The notes under the pieces are model-generated. The model was not told the DNA's origin, did no database searches, and was given only the letters and a program-made list of their open reading frames with translations. Below, piece by piece: positions 1-12,600 of a DNA stretch of 64,000 bases. The DNA lies in the NCBI GenBank assembly GCA_965153455.1, contig OZ234493.1, positions 18,032,213 to 18,096,212 on the forward strand. The letters run 5' to 3'. The translations under genes were made by a program, and so were the position numbers. The stretch is from Sphagnum compactum (Eukaryota). Within the stretch, counting starts at the first letter, position 1, and each line of letters opens with the position of its first letter.

Positions 1-1495
1 TGATTTTGCATGCATTTGAACGTGCACATTTGGATTGCTTTATTTTGAATGGCACCCTTCACAAATCGCGACCCTGGTTCGCACACGAGGAAGAATTCAA
101 AAAATTTAAAGCACTTATAGCAAACTGAAAAAAAACTTGAAATGGAAACCTAATGGTTCCCTTCAATGGAAATTACTAAATTTCTACCAAATATTTCTAA
201 TCTAGTTGGACACCAAGCAATAACACTTTCACAAATGTTATCAAATACATTATTGATCAACTTCATAGTAATGTATTCACAAACATTTGTGGAAACACAC
301 AAACCCTAAACCTTGGTGTAGTTCCATGATAACCAACGTTGAATGAACTTAACAACAAAACTGAAACTCCTTTGTCAACCTTGTAATTCAAGAGAATGCA
401 CAAAATCAAGGTGAAGAAGTTGCTCAACCATGAAATTCATAGTGGCAAATTGTACTCGAATAGTTGGAGGATCCAAGGCGCTGCAACAACACCAAAAAGA
501 AAGCACAAAATGATGACGCTGAAACGCCCAGGCAAAGCTATTACAAAACGAAACCCTAATGGGGAAAAAATGACATCCCATGGCATGTTGTTTGCATGCA
601 TTCCATAAGGATGGGGATGGCATCACATCTTACGAAATGGGCATAATATATTCGTGTTACACAAAGGACGCGATTGGGACCAGGTTTCAGGGAAGGGAAG
701 CGTAACAGGAACGCCCGAGGACAAAACATGTCAGGCCGTACTTTTGTACCGTTCGCAATGCAATGGGGCCAAAAGTTATGGGTTGTAACTTCCCACTGAA
801 CAGCTAATGAGAGTGTCCTCCAGATTCTGAAGAGTTTCGTAGGTCCCTTTGAAATTAGCAGCTGAAAAGAAGTTGCCACTTAATTTTCGGAGTCCCATGC
901 CATAGCTGACAAATACTAGCCAATGGGGATCAAGGCCACTTGTCACAAGTTCAGGAAGACTGGCGGAACCCAACCGAAGAAGAAGAAGAAGTATTAGGGT
1001 TAGGGTTTGGAGAAGGTGGTGGACGATTAAAAAATTTGCGAGGACGACGGAGTCCGCGTCGATTTTAGAACTGTAAGCATTTGTAATCGATCCGAAGGTT
1101 TTGTTTGTTGTAGTGATCGGTTGCAGCAAAAATTACGATTGTTTTTTCTGTTGCTTGTTCACCTCTGAATCGGTCTCTTCTCCCACATCTACCTTAAATT
1201 CCCCTCCGGAAGCTTTCGTCAATCCGTAAGGAACTTGCCAAGATGTTCCTCGATTTCGAGAAGAAAGAAGAAGACGGCTGCGTACGGGGGTTGATGGTGC
1301 TAAGGATTTTCTGTAGATCGATTTAGTCCTTCGTTGCGAATTGCAAAAGAAAAAATAAAATAGGAAGAACGGAGGATCTTGAAGGAAAAGAAAGCAAGGC
1401 CCGTGGTGGTTGTGATTGGATTGCTTTTTTGGGTCTGAGGAAGGAAAGGCAAGCTGGAGGATCACGTAAGGTACAGAGGAGGTGGTGGTGGAGGA

Positions 1496-4400
1496 TTGGG
1501 GACGTCAAGTGGAGGTGCATTCGATGGAGGAGCGATATCTGCACATAGCCAGGCGGCAGCGCTCGACCCTTCGACGCGTCAGTCTCTAATTCGCAAACAA
1601 GGCGAGAACAAACTTCGAGGTACGATTCACACCAATCTGACTCATACTGGTCGCGGTCCTACTCTAGCTATGGAAGGTCATGGCGAGGAGGAGGCGGAGG
1701 AGGATCTCAGGGACAGCAGGAAGTAGCTGAATCTGGCATTGACTTCTACTGGTTTATTGGCTTCTTCGTGATCGTGGGTACGCCAGATTTTCTTTCCTCT
1801 TCAGCTTCTCCCTCTTTGTTTTTGTTTTGGTGCTTCGTTTTAGGTCAAATATTTAAGGGTTCAAACCAGTGTGGTGAGGGTACCCGGTTTGTAGTGTTAG
1901 ATTCTGGGGTTCAGGTTCTTGTGCCCTGGACTGGAGGTGGCACCCTTTTGTTGGAACTGGCACAAGAATGGCACCAAGGAACAAGCGTTTTTACAAGATC
2001 TGGACCTGAAAACGAAACCACTGTTGAATACATGTTCAGCTTGTTTAGATGGGCAAGTTGATCCTTTTTTGAAAAAGTTGGCAAGTAGGCTGAAATTTAT
2101 AATGAAGTATTAATTTTTCATGTAGTTGTTGAACTCTGTACCTCTACAGACCCCTGTTTTAATTTGTTGTAAAACTTATAAAATCTGGTATTCAGGAGTG
2201 TGTAGTATGTGCATGGAACCAGGCCTAGAGGTTCTTGAATTTGTACAATAATGTGCCAGAACCAGGACCATGGGGTTTAGAAATTGAAAGAACTAGATTC
2301 AAACCCACACCCAGAGAAACCAGGACCAGAGCTTCTCTTTAAAAGGAAGAACCGCACAATGCTGGTTCAAACCTGTTCGTGGATTGTTTTTGCTTGTTAA
2401 CTGAAATTTGTACTTCAAAGAATGGGAAAGATAATTTCCACACCTTTCACACAAAATCATCATCCATTTCAGTCCTGTTGTTATATCATTGTTGTTCTTT
2501 CAGCTTCTTGTGGATCTCCATTTTTATGGATGAATATTGCACCCACTGTGAGTGTGCAGTGTCGCTATGGATGCTTATCAGCCTGTATGGATCTCAAGTC
2601 TTGGAGATGAGATTATTTTATTCACTAGTCCTTTGTTGGTGAAGGAGATCAAGGTTGGTGAGCAATTGCTAATTGCTTATGAATCCAATGCACATGTGCC
2701 ATGTTTGCGTCCGTTTTGTGCTCAGAGTTGTGGTTTGGAAATGGTTGAATTGATGGGGGTTCATAATGTTGGACCATTGTGCTGAGTATCATCATCATCA
2801 GTATGGTGCTTTTTTGTGTGTGAGGGTTCAGGTTCAGAATCTTGGAGACCTTGGTCCAGTTGTGACTTCATTTGCAAAGCATCCAGGTTATGGTCATCCA
2901 TTCATTTCAGATGAAAAATTTAATGTGACAGTCAATCCACAGTTCCACCGGGCATGTATCTCTCTGCCATAGTTTCTGTTTGGATTTTGTGTTGGACTCT
3001 CCTGCTTTTCTTATATGATGGTGGGCAATTAAAATCACTTTGCATCCATCTGATTTTAAGCAGAATCTGATGTGGTAGTTCTTTTTAATTATCTGCAGTG
3101 ATATGGATTCTGGCTGAACAAAGGCTCATCTTTTACTCTCATATACAATGTGAAAGACTCTCAGGAAGAGCCTGGCGCTGGCAATTGTCAGAGGTGAAAA
3201 GGCTGTTATCTTCTTTGAGTTTGTTTGAAGGCAGAGCATTCAGTCATGGTACCCATGCACAGTGCTGGTTGATAGTCAAATTGTAGATGCAGCTGCAAAG
3301 AACTCCAATGACAAGGTATATCTCCTGTGAAAAATTTCGTCATGAAATTGGACTATTATTTATAAATCGTCTCTGAGTGTCATCTATTATTGACAAATGA
3401 ATGCCATTTGGTTTACTGTTGCAGGTGAAGATAGCTATCAGGAATGGACAAAGTATCCAAGTAATGCTCAATTAGTATCAGCATGGAAACGGATTTATGG
3501 CAAGACATTCATTCAGGAAGTCTCCTAGAGCACATCGGATGAAGTTGTATATGTTTGTTCAGCTAATTGCCAATCTTTGTATGACCGATTGGAGGTCAGG
3601 TTTGGTGGGTTGGGAGTCTTTCATCAAACTTCTGTGCTTACATGCCTATTCTCTCTTTGCAACATGCAGGAAGAGGTTCATTAAATTTTACAGTGACAGA
3701 ATTTGATGACTACTATGTTGCAAAGAAACTTGAATGCTCATGAAATGAAGGTGGGGGGTTCAACTGCCTATTCATTTCATATACAAGTTTACATGAGTGT
3801 GAACAAGTATACATGAGAGTTAACTCATGTGATCTGCTTTGCAACGTTGCATACAAGTCTCGATTGAGATCCTGGTTGACAGAGGAGAGGCATTTTTCAG
3901 AACAAGAGAAACCCAGATCTGTACTTAGCACATGAATATTGTGGTTATTTTTGTGCCAGATTTCCTTCGGCTTGAAAATGCATTGCATGATTTATTCTGT
4001 TCAAGATGTGGAATGTAAATGTTCAACGGTGAATGGGAACGTTTGCTGGGTGCCTCTGTCATTGTCCAAATCCAATTGGGTGCTAATATCTGGGCCTGAC
4101 AAGAAGCAGGTATTTGAACCCTGAGTACATATCTGAGTTTTTGATGAACAAATATAATGTTTCAACCAGAATAACGAGTCTGTCTTGCAGTTGTTTGAAG
4201 TTTTCCTTATTGGGTGGTCTGTCCAATCATCAATTTCTGCATAACAGGATGTAAAGCTGCATTTATGAGTAAGGGCATTCTTATTCTGGTAGCCTATATC
4301 TGTGAATTTTTGATATGCTGTGACCAGCCTGCCACTACTAAAGCCTTGGAGCTGGGGTTTGGAAGGTGAAAGTCTCATATATGCCACACTGGATTACCTA

Positions 4401-5730
4401 CTTCATATTGTGGAGTACGTTGTGTTTCCCTTCCTGGACCTGAGGGAAATGCTATGGTTTGCACCACTCAGTTTTTGTTGATTCAAGTTCTTCTATGATA
4501 TTTTGATGACAATCCTGAAATTTCCCCATTGGAGACGTTTGAAGCAAGTAATTTGATTTCAACTGTGTTGAGGTTGCAGCTGTAATAGGCTTGGACTATT
4601 AGGTATGGAGCGATGTAAATAAGGCAGGCAAGTTTCCACAAGTCAACAAGAGGTGGTTCGTCTCACCTCTGTAGAAGGAAATGAAAGCCTTGAAAATTTG
4701 GCAAGAGAGAGCCAGTCTGGTGACTTTTCACCAACTTTAGGATCTGAAAACTTTCAAGGGGGACAGGGAGAGCAATCTTTGGAGCAGCTGTGCACTGTGT
4801 GATTGGATGCACCTAAGGACAGTTTCTTTGATCGTGCTGGCCATCGCTGCACATGTTACTCCTGTGGCATGAGGTACCTACCCATCATCCAATGGCAACA
4901 AATGATTCCTTTTGCAGATGTTCTAGTTGTTTGCTGGTGGGTTTTTAAGCAGCTAGGACATGGGTAGTTGTCCAGCTGCAATTGCCCATGGCTCAGCAGT
5001 GCATGTTGTGTACTGTGATCAGAAATAATGTGGACCGCTGCTGTAGCACAAGGACAGTCTTGTTTCTCTATAAGTTTTCTGTTCGGAGCCTGTGGGCTGA
5101 CCATGAAACCATAATCGCTTGAATTGCAGGATACAAAATGGAGACATTGCAAGATGTCCCATTTGCCAGGAAAATGTGCTTGCTGTCCGTAGGATTTATG
5201 ACTCATAAACCCTTAGAAGCAAAATATGGCTCTGGAGCAATCTTCCTTGAAAGCTTAAGTTTTGTGACTGTAAAGCATCTGAACGAGAAAATTGCTGAGT
5301 TGATCACTAAGGCATTGCTTTTTTTCTGGTCTGTGAGTGACGATAAGCAAACCATGGTCATCTTGTGAACTGGACAATGAAAAGGTGTGTCATTGCAGTG
5401 TAGATATTATCAATTTCCCCTAGCACATCTAATTATCCTGAAGCATTTTGCAGTGAATGCTATGATGAAAAACAATCTTAGACACTGGTAAATGCAACAT
5501 GTCTAAGATTGTTGCAACAACTTGTAAATCTGTACAACTTCAGGTTTTGCCACCCTAGATAGACAGACTGTTTGTGTAATCTGTGTCCTATTGTGAATCT
5601 GAACTTGTGTACTTGGGATTCACCATTTGTGACTTGTGATCTGCAATTTTTATGATTGAGGTTTAGAGTTCCGAGGGGCATCAAGAGGAAATATCAACTC
5701 TGTGCGGAAATTGAAACATGTTAGAACATG
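1496..5730 (+). pseudogene. APD-family (aberrant pollen development) RING-HC E3 ubiquitin ligase pseudogene
   Basis: Exon-like pieces resemble APD1-4: 'LLLVYWLL' (~1745), 'VSLWMLISLYGSQVLEM..TSPLLVKEIKV' (2560-2655), 'VQNLGDLGPVVTSFAKHP' (~2832-2886), 'YGFWLNKGSSFTLIYNV' (~3100-3150) and RING 'LCTV*LDAPKDSFFDRAGHRCTCYSCGMR|gt' (4788-4873). The second RING Cys is TGA (4800-4802), and there are further stops and frameshifts. Outer boundaries are approximate. Confidence 0.75.
1867..2364. mobile_element. hAT-type non-autonomous element/MITE in an intron of the APD pseudogene
   Basis: Perfect 8-bp direct repeat GTTCAAAC at 1859-1866 and 2365-2372, flanking imperfect TIRs (CAGTGTGGTGAGG / reverse complement CAGCATTGTGCGG). 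Confidence 0.8.
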
Positions 5731-6977
5731 TGGACATTAAGTTCAATGCTGTTTTGGAGGGTACATTATAACGGGATGAGCATTTCTTAAAACGGAACAC
5801 TTGTCATATAACAGTATGGTGGGTATGTCATTTCATTTTACAAAAATGGTCGCCCCTGTTTTTTAAATTTTGGATGTGCTTTACATTGGCAACACCCACG
5901 GAGCAGGGGCATAACTGAAATAAGTACACCACCTCAGGAGGGTCCTTATTTCAGTAATGACCCGTTTATTGGGTGTTCACCCTACACATGAAGTACGAGC
6001 AGAAAATTTCTAGTGTATCTGGAGGACACATTATTTGGCAGAATTCTCATTGGCAAGTGTGCATTTCAGTTTTTTTCCCCAGTCATAGCTGGTGGGTATG
6101 CTGCCATATGTGCTGAGTATCATAGGAAAAGAAATGAAAACTAATTTTCTGCCAGTGCTGTACATCAGAACGCCCTCAGAGCAAGGTCTTACCCCAAAGA
6201 ACACACAGTGGCCAAAGCCAGGGCAGGCCTATTTCAGGGAGAATACCTCACTTGGATGGCATTACCCCACTCTAACTTGTGATATTAAAGTTATTCCTAA
6301 AGTCAGGAAAATATGGTACTGGAACACCCCCCCTGTTTCACTATTCACAGGGGCACACCCTCCCATGCTGTGGCCACTCATCGCAAGGCCATGGGACCAA
6401 GCAAAGTATCTGTACGTGGTATAATTATGCCTTGACCAAACCAGCATCTATATTGGTACTAAGTTTTTAAAAAAACACTTTGTGTTTGTTTTTAATCTTA
6501 GAAATTGTGAGTGCAGTTCATTACTCCTCATTCATTAGACCAATGAATTCATTATTTTTTAATTAGTCTCAATTTACTTAAACTGGTGAATTCATTGAAA
6601 ATCTAGTGAAATCACTTGACATTAAAAACACCTTTTGTTGGAGCTAAATTCATCTTTTAGAGCAGCAGGTTCACAGGTGCTCTGAGTATATGACAATGGA
6701 ACACAATATTTCCCAAAACCAGGATTAGTTTTTTTTTTCCCAACCCCGCACTAAAACTGACACTGCAAATAATCAGTAACCAATAATAGCTACTAGCAAC
6801 CCTTGGACCAACCACCTGTCTAAGAGTGTATCCAACACTCAGCAGCAGGTATTGTCCTTTGCTGAGCCTTTTGCCTCCCTTGGTATTATCAGGGAAAATG
6901 TCCATGCCAAAGTCATTGTGCTGAGCCAAATTTTACTGTCCATGGCCATATACCCAGAACCTGTGGAGCTGCCCTTA

Positions 6978-7322
6978 GGCCCACTTTACACTAGGAGTGG
7001 AGGCGGATGTTCAACTCAAATCACGCATTCCTATTGGTGAAAAAGTTGAAATCAGCCCCAAGGGCTAAATTACACTAGGAGTCAAGGCTGAAATAGACAA
7101 AATCTTTTCAATCTGCCCCAAGTTATTAATAAATGCTGAACTTTATGGTATTGGCCTCAAGGCTGAAGAAAAGGATACCATCAAATTTGGGAACCTGATT
7201 TGCAACCCTTGTGGCCGATGTTGTAGCATTTATTGGTAACTTGGGGCCAGACAAAAAGTCCAAAATGCTCAAACTTGGCCCCAAAAGTTTTTTCAGCCCT
7301 GACTCCGAGTGTAAAGCAGGCC
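6978..7322. mobile_element. Tourist-like (PIF/Harbinger) MITE
   Basis: TIRs GGCCCACTTTACACTAGGAGT / reverse complement GGCCTGCTTTACACTCGGAGT. TTA TSD at 6975-6977 and 7323-7325. A second left-end copy lies inside, near 7062-7093. Confidence 0.8.
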
Positions 7323-8092
7323 TTAGACTAAATCAGGGTCTCTGTGTTCAAATTTAACATTTCTTTGATGCGTGTTGCAGTTATTATCAGAGAAAGGCCT
7401 CGTTCAAGAAGGTGAGTGTAGTAATGTAGATGCATGTTCAGCCTGGCCATTAATTACAGGTTTCCCCAATTCCTTCACAAACAACAGACTTGGTTTGTGG
7501 GCACCATAACACAAAGCAAGTCAGAAAACCAAAAATGAGGAAAAAGTTACTGGCTTTCACTAGGCTAATGCCTCAGATCTGGGATCCAACATGTCTGCAC
7601 TTTGGACCAGATGTCAATCGTGCTGATTGTGGTTCTCCACATAAGGAGTCAAAAGGGTCTTGCAGTAAAACACCTTTAAGCCCACTTTAGACCAGGGTCC
7701 AGGGTCCAATTTCCTAGGAACCAATTTGGACTCATGTGAAGTAAATTGAATCCTTGATTTGGACTCATGTGAAGCAAATTGAATCCTTGAGTTGGAGTGT
7801 ACCTGGGTCCCTAGCCTGATTCTTGGTTCTCCAAATCAGGAGCTCTCCTTTTAGCACTGTCTTTTGGTCTGAACCAATTGATTTTCCCTCAAAAACAGGT
7901 CCTATATTAGCCTCAATTTCCCACTTTTTGGTCTTGGACCCTCATCTGAAGGCCTTGGGACCAATTTAAAGCTTTTGACCAATAAGATTGCTTGAATTCA
8001 TCGCTCCCTAGACCTTCGTGTATAGTCACCCTTAGTTTCACAACATGTTTTTCCATAATTCATTTAGAGTGCACACATATATACCTTTGTAC

Positions 8093-8264
8093 CAGTATTT
8101 TCTTTTTCTTTTTTTTTCTCAAATTTTTAGTTTGTAAACTTTGTCCATTTTTTTCCATTTTTGAGCTTTTTTTTCTCGAATTCACACTATTGAAAGGAAA
8201 TTTCCCAATTTCTTCAAAAACATTTTGTAGCCACAGTGCGAAAATTCACCAAGAAAAATCACTG
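8093..8264. mobile_element. Short hAT-like MITE
   Basis: CAGTATTTT...AAAAATCACTG ends. Flanks CTTTGTAC / CTCTATAC match 6 of 8, consistent with a decayed 8-bp TSD. Confidence 0.45.
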
Positions 8265-9691
8265 CTCTATACAGAATTTCTTTGTTTTTTCCACTCCGGA
8301 TTTAGTTGCTATGACCGTCCATGTAATTTTTCCTTCTTCCCCCCAGGCTCCTCCAATCATAGCCACTGGCCAGGGCGAACCAGCACCTAGACTGGTACAC
8401 TCACCTTCTTGAGTGAGGCCTCTTGGGTTTAGGTTTAGGGTTTCTGGTTGTAGATTCAGAGACCCTGATTTTGTCTAAGGATGCTTCATGTATCTATAAT
8501 GTTTTGAAGCTGCCCCCAAAAAATTTGGGATTTTCACCGTGGTTCTAATATAGGCCAGGTTCACCTGACCAAGGCAAATTGACCCCGCAAAGCCCATTTA
8601 AATTGCTCATAAATATTCTAAATATTTATAAATATCATTTCCCTAGACTAAATCGGGTTCCCAAAGTCCAGACTTATAATTTTTTCGGCCTAGTATGTCC
8701 ATTTGAATGGGTTTTGGGGGTTTTTATGGTGATCCCAATGTGGGGGTCAATTCACCCTGGCCGGTTCACGCAAGGCCCAATTAATCATGCATTGCCTGCA
8801 AGATGAGCTCTGGCAGAACGCTTCAATAATGCACTGGGTGAAATCAGCAAACGGCAGGAAACGTGTGGATTAATATTTTTTGGGTCAGTTTTGAGATATA
8901 GCCCAAGTGTCTATCATCGGTAGGAACATTTAGCCAGATTCGGCTATGAGCTAAATATGGCACTAGAAAATTTTAAACATCTTAGTCTTATTTTTGGCTA
9001 CCTACTTGAAAACCATGTATGGAAATCTGACGATTTTTCTTTGAATTTGGTTGTTTGGTTGAATTTTGGCTATTGAGAATCTCAAAAAGCATTTGATTTT
9101 AGCACTTTTTTTAAATTTATGACTTAGTTTTTTTTCGGCCATAGTTTTTTTGGTAAAAGAGAGGTTGGTGTGTGGATGTGAACAAAAGTCATGATGACAA
9201 TAATGGAGGAGGCCAGAGGGAAAAAGTAAAGCGTGTTTGACAAGTCTCAAGGTGACTTTGCATATTCCATCCTCAATTATGAGTAGAAAATAGAGACATG
9301 TGTTCCAGAAAAGAAAGTAATGAATTGTTCAGTGGCCAACGAATCGGTAAAGCGGGTATGCTCCAGTCTGAAGAGTCACGGCATAACCCTTCTAGAAATT
9401 TCTGGGGGAGGAGAAAATGAAGAAGAAGAAACATCTCTGAGAAAAGTCGAAAAAGGAGTAAGAGAAGAGAGTGGGAATTCCGTGAAGAGGAAAGGGGTTG
9501 ATGTTTTTTGGGGAGATCTAGTGGAAAGTTCAGCTTAGCTTGCGGGAATCTGTGATGTGAGGGACACCCATCATACCCTGTGTATGCTATTGGGATGGCA
9601 AAGGATTTGTAGCAGGTTTTATGAGACCAAAAGGTCAAGAGAAAAATATTTATGAGAGCAGTGAGCAATAGGAATATCAGTCGTGTGAAAT

Positions 9692-12600
9692 ATGGAAAAT
9701 TCATATGGCCTCAAGCGAAAAGGAGTTGATCTTTCACAAGGGACACCAAAAAGAAAGAGAGATGTTGTGCAGATACCTGCTAGGATTGAGACACCTTTGG
9801 TCCCCACTGAAAATGCTCCTTCAAGCTCTGGATGGCACAGCAATGTGGTGCTTCTTCTTGACCTTATGATGAGCTTTCTTTGCACAGTTTTTTCTTGGGC
9901 TTTGCCAAGTTACATGTTGAAGTTTGATTTTTCTTTACTTTTTTTATTTTGTTTGGGTCTTGACAATTTTCCTTGACCCTCACAACCATGATAGCTTATT
10001 GTCCTCACAAAGCATCAGGAGAAGGAGGTCTAGTTCAGATTTGAACTCCCAACCAGCGGCTTCACAACCATACCCTTTAGTCACTAGGGTACCTGAATGT
10101 CCTCAATCATTTACAAGCTTCCTTGTCGTACATTTTCACTTTGCCTACTTTCCAGTTTGTTTGTTTAGACAAAAACAATAGGAAATGGAGTCATCATTAT
10201 AGCCTCTTACATTAGGCTAGCAACTCAGTTGCTATATAACAAGTAGAATTGGTGAAAGGGAAATTTGTCAATTGGCATTAACTAAGAATATATTGAACTT
10301 GTAAGGATTGGAGCTTAGATTATGAGTTAAGTTCAATGTGTAGTCTTAATCCAACAACCTAAGGCAAATTATTAAGATGCTCTTGAACATTCTTAATGGG
10401 TTTGTGTCCCAATTCCTTAGGAGTTGGAGGCCTTAGGGGCCCAAATGTTGGGGAAAATGTCATGAAATACAAAGGAACCAAACTAGATGGCTGAGTCAGT
10501 CAACCCAAACTTGAAAGAATCCAATTCTTAGCATTAACCTTTATTGATTGGCATATGTTCCACCTACAACGTAACAATATTTACTCATTGAACTATGTTT
10601 TGAAACTTTGAGGTCTAGGACACATGTGAATGATCTTCATTTGTTAGTCATGCAAGATAGATTTGGTATTCTCCAATTCATCTATTATTGTAATCTTGTT
10701 AAACTTAATCTTTTCAATTAATCATGGACTTTATCTAACTACTATAATTTGTATATTGCATTTTTCTAATTTAATGTATAGTCAAATAATTTTCAAGAGA
10801 TGTTTGAAGAATTGTGTTGACTCTTTTTCATTTTCTTTGCAGAAATATCTAGTGTGTGATTTAAATCCCACTTGCAATTCCAATAATCCAAACTTGACCG
10901 TCATTTTTTTCCATGGGATTGCTTTTGGCACAAATGATGAATGGAAGGAAACATGGACAACATGCCCCACCAACAATAGAGAAGAGTGCATATGTTGGCC
11001 AGAAAAGTGGCTACCCGAAGACTTGAACAACAATGTTCGAATTTTATCATTGTCTTATGATTCTAACATTGTGGCAGGTGTTCACAATGATGTGACTGAA
11101 ATTGGCAAAAACCTCATACAAAGTTTGGTTATAAATTGAAGGTGTGATAATCTCCTCTATTTATGGACACATTAATTACTTCTCCTTGTGTACATTAAGG
11201 ATAATTGTTTACATCTTTAGAATTTTTTAAATGTTTTGCACAAGTTAATTATTCATGCGTGCTAATATTGTGATACACACCAAGAAGTTTCCATTTATTT
11301 GAATTGTTAGATTAATGTAGAAAACATAAAATGGGGCTTAAATGCAAATGTCCTTATTTGAAGATAATAGCAAAGTATATGTTCATATTATAAGTTCATG
11401 GTACACCTAGTTTGGTTTTGATGGCAATTTTTAATTCGCATTTTTTGAATCTTTATCTTTGGTAATGCAATTGAATTAAATTAAATTAAATTAATACATG
11501 TGTATAAAATTTGCACCATTTCATCACAAAAAAATTATTTCAGAAAAAGGGCATATCTTTTTCTCTTTTTTTTATTAAATTTCAACGGTATTTTCAAGGT
11601 AACACATAGAAGGTGAGTTGTACATTGACAAAAGAATGTAAACACTTATATACTTGTACATAATAATTATTTTACCAAAACATGGTTGTCACATTTTTTA
11701 AGTAGATTGATGGAGTCAATAAATGATAAATGCAAAGCAAATCAATTATGAACTTATGATTTAGGTCATGTGTGAATTGGAAAATTGCCTCAAGTACAAT
11801 AGGATAAATTTGTACATGCTACTACAATGTTGATAATGGAATTTTGGTGCATTGTTGAATATTTTGTAGTTATCAATCCTTTTGGGATGGACCAGTGGCA
11901 TTAGTTGCTTATAGTTTTGGAGGCCTTATACTCAAAAGCTTGGTGGTTGAAGCTCGCAAACATGTAAATCAAAGGCCAAGAAATGATTTGGATGATGAAG
12001 TATACAAATGTTGTGAGACATTTTTGAACAATGTTAAAGGTGTAGTATTTTATGGTGTACCACATGCTGGTGGTACCCAAGATTTATCAAATTATTTCAC
12101 TTGGCAACATCAACAAATCAACACATTGAACAAGTATGCAATCCAATCTGGTATTTTAAAAAATTTAGAATCTTTCAACCCACAAATGGAATACCTTTCA
12201 ATGGATTTTAAAAATGCCGTTCATGAAGACCTCAACATTTATGCATTTGGCGAAGGATTACCACTCGATGATAATTGGGTAAGATTTTCATTTCACCACA
12301 TTGAAAATTATCCGACTAGGTTCATTAGTTGAACATTTTTTGTATTGTCAAAATTTGTGTGAGATCATGTACTCAATACTCCTAAATATATTAAGGTGGT
12401 GAATGGGTCATGTGTTTTATGAACTTTGTTTCATGAATTACTATCGATGGAAAGGAAATTTGATTGATTTGAAACAACAAGAAATCGGTTTTAAATTTTC
12501 CCTTCATCAAACCAATTCCATATAAATATTTGTGAGGAAAACCATAACATCATTAAAACATGTAAGATTAATGAAATTAATATTTCATTTTTATTCAAAC

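Larger units (their letters stand above)
6965..8488. mobile_element. Older TIR element whose left TIR is interrupted by the Tourist MITE
   Basis: CCTTAGACTAAATCAGGGTCTCTG (7321-7344) is the reverse complement, with 1 mismatch, of CAGAGACCCTGATTTTGTCTAAGG (8457-8480). Removing the MITE restores GGAGCTGCCCTTAGACT..., extending the match. Confidence 0.6.

Noticed and set aside
994-1010. Telomere or interstitial telomeric array (TTAGGGTTAGGGTTT; also ~8428-8443, ~40905-40940)
   Set aside because: Only 2-3 units, typical of telo-box-like motifs that are common in plant genomes.
375-1465. Short ORFs at the window start
   Set aside because: No recognisable domains. The region looks like the promoter/5'UTR of the APD pseudogene.
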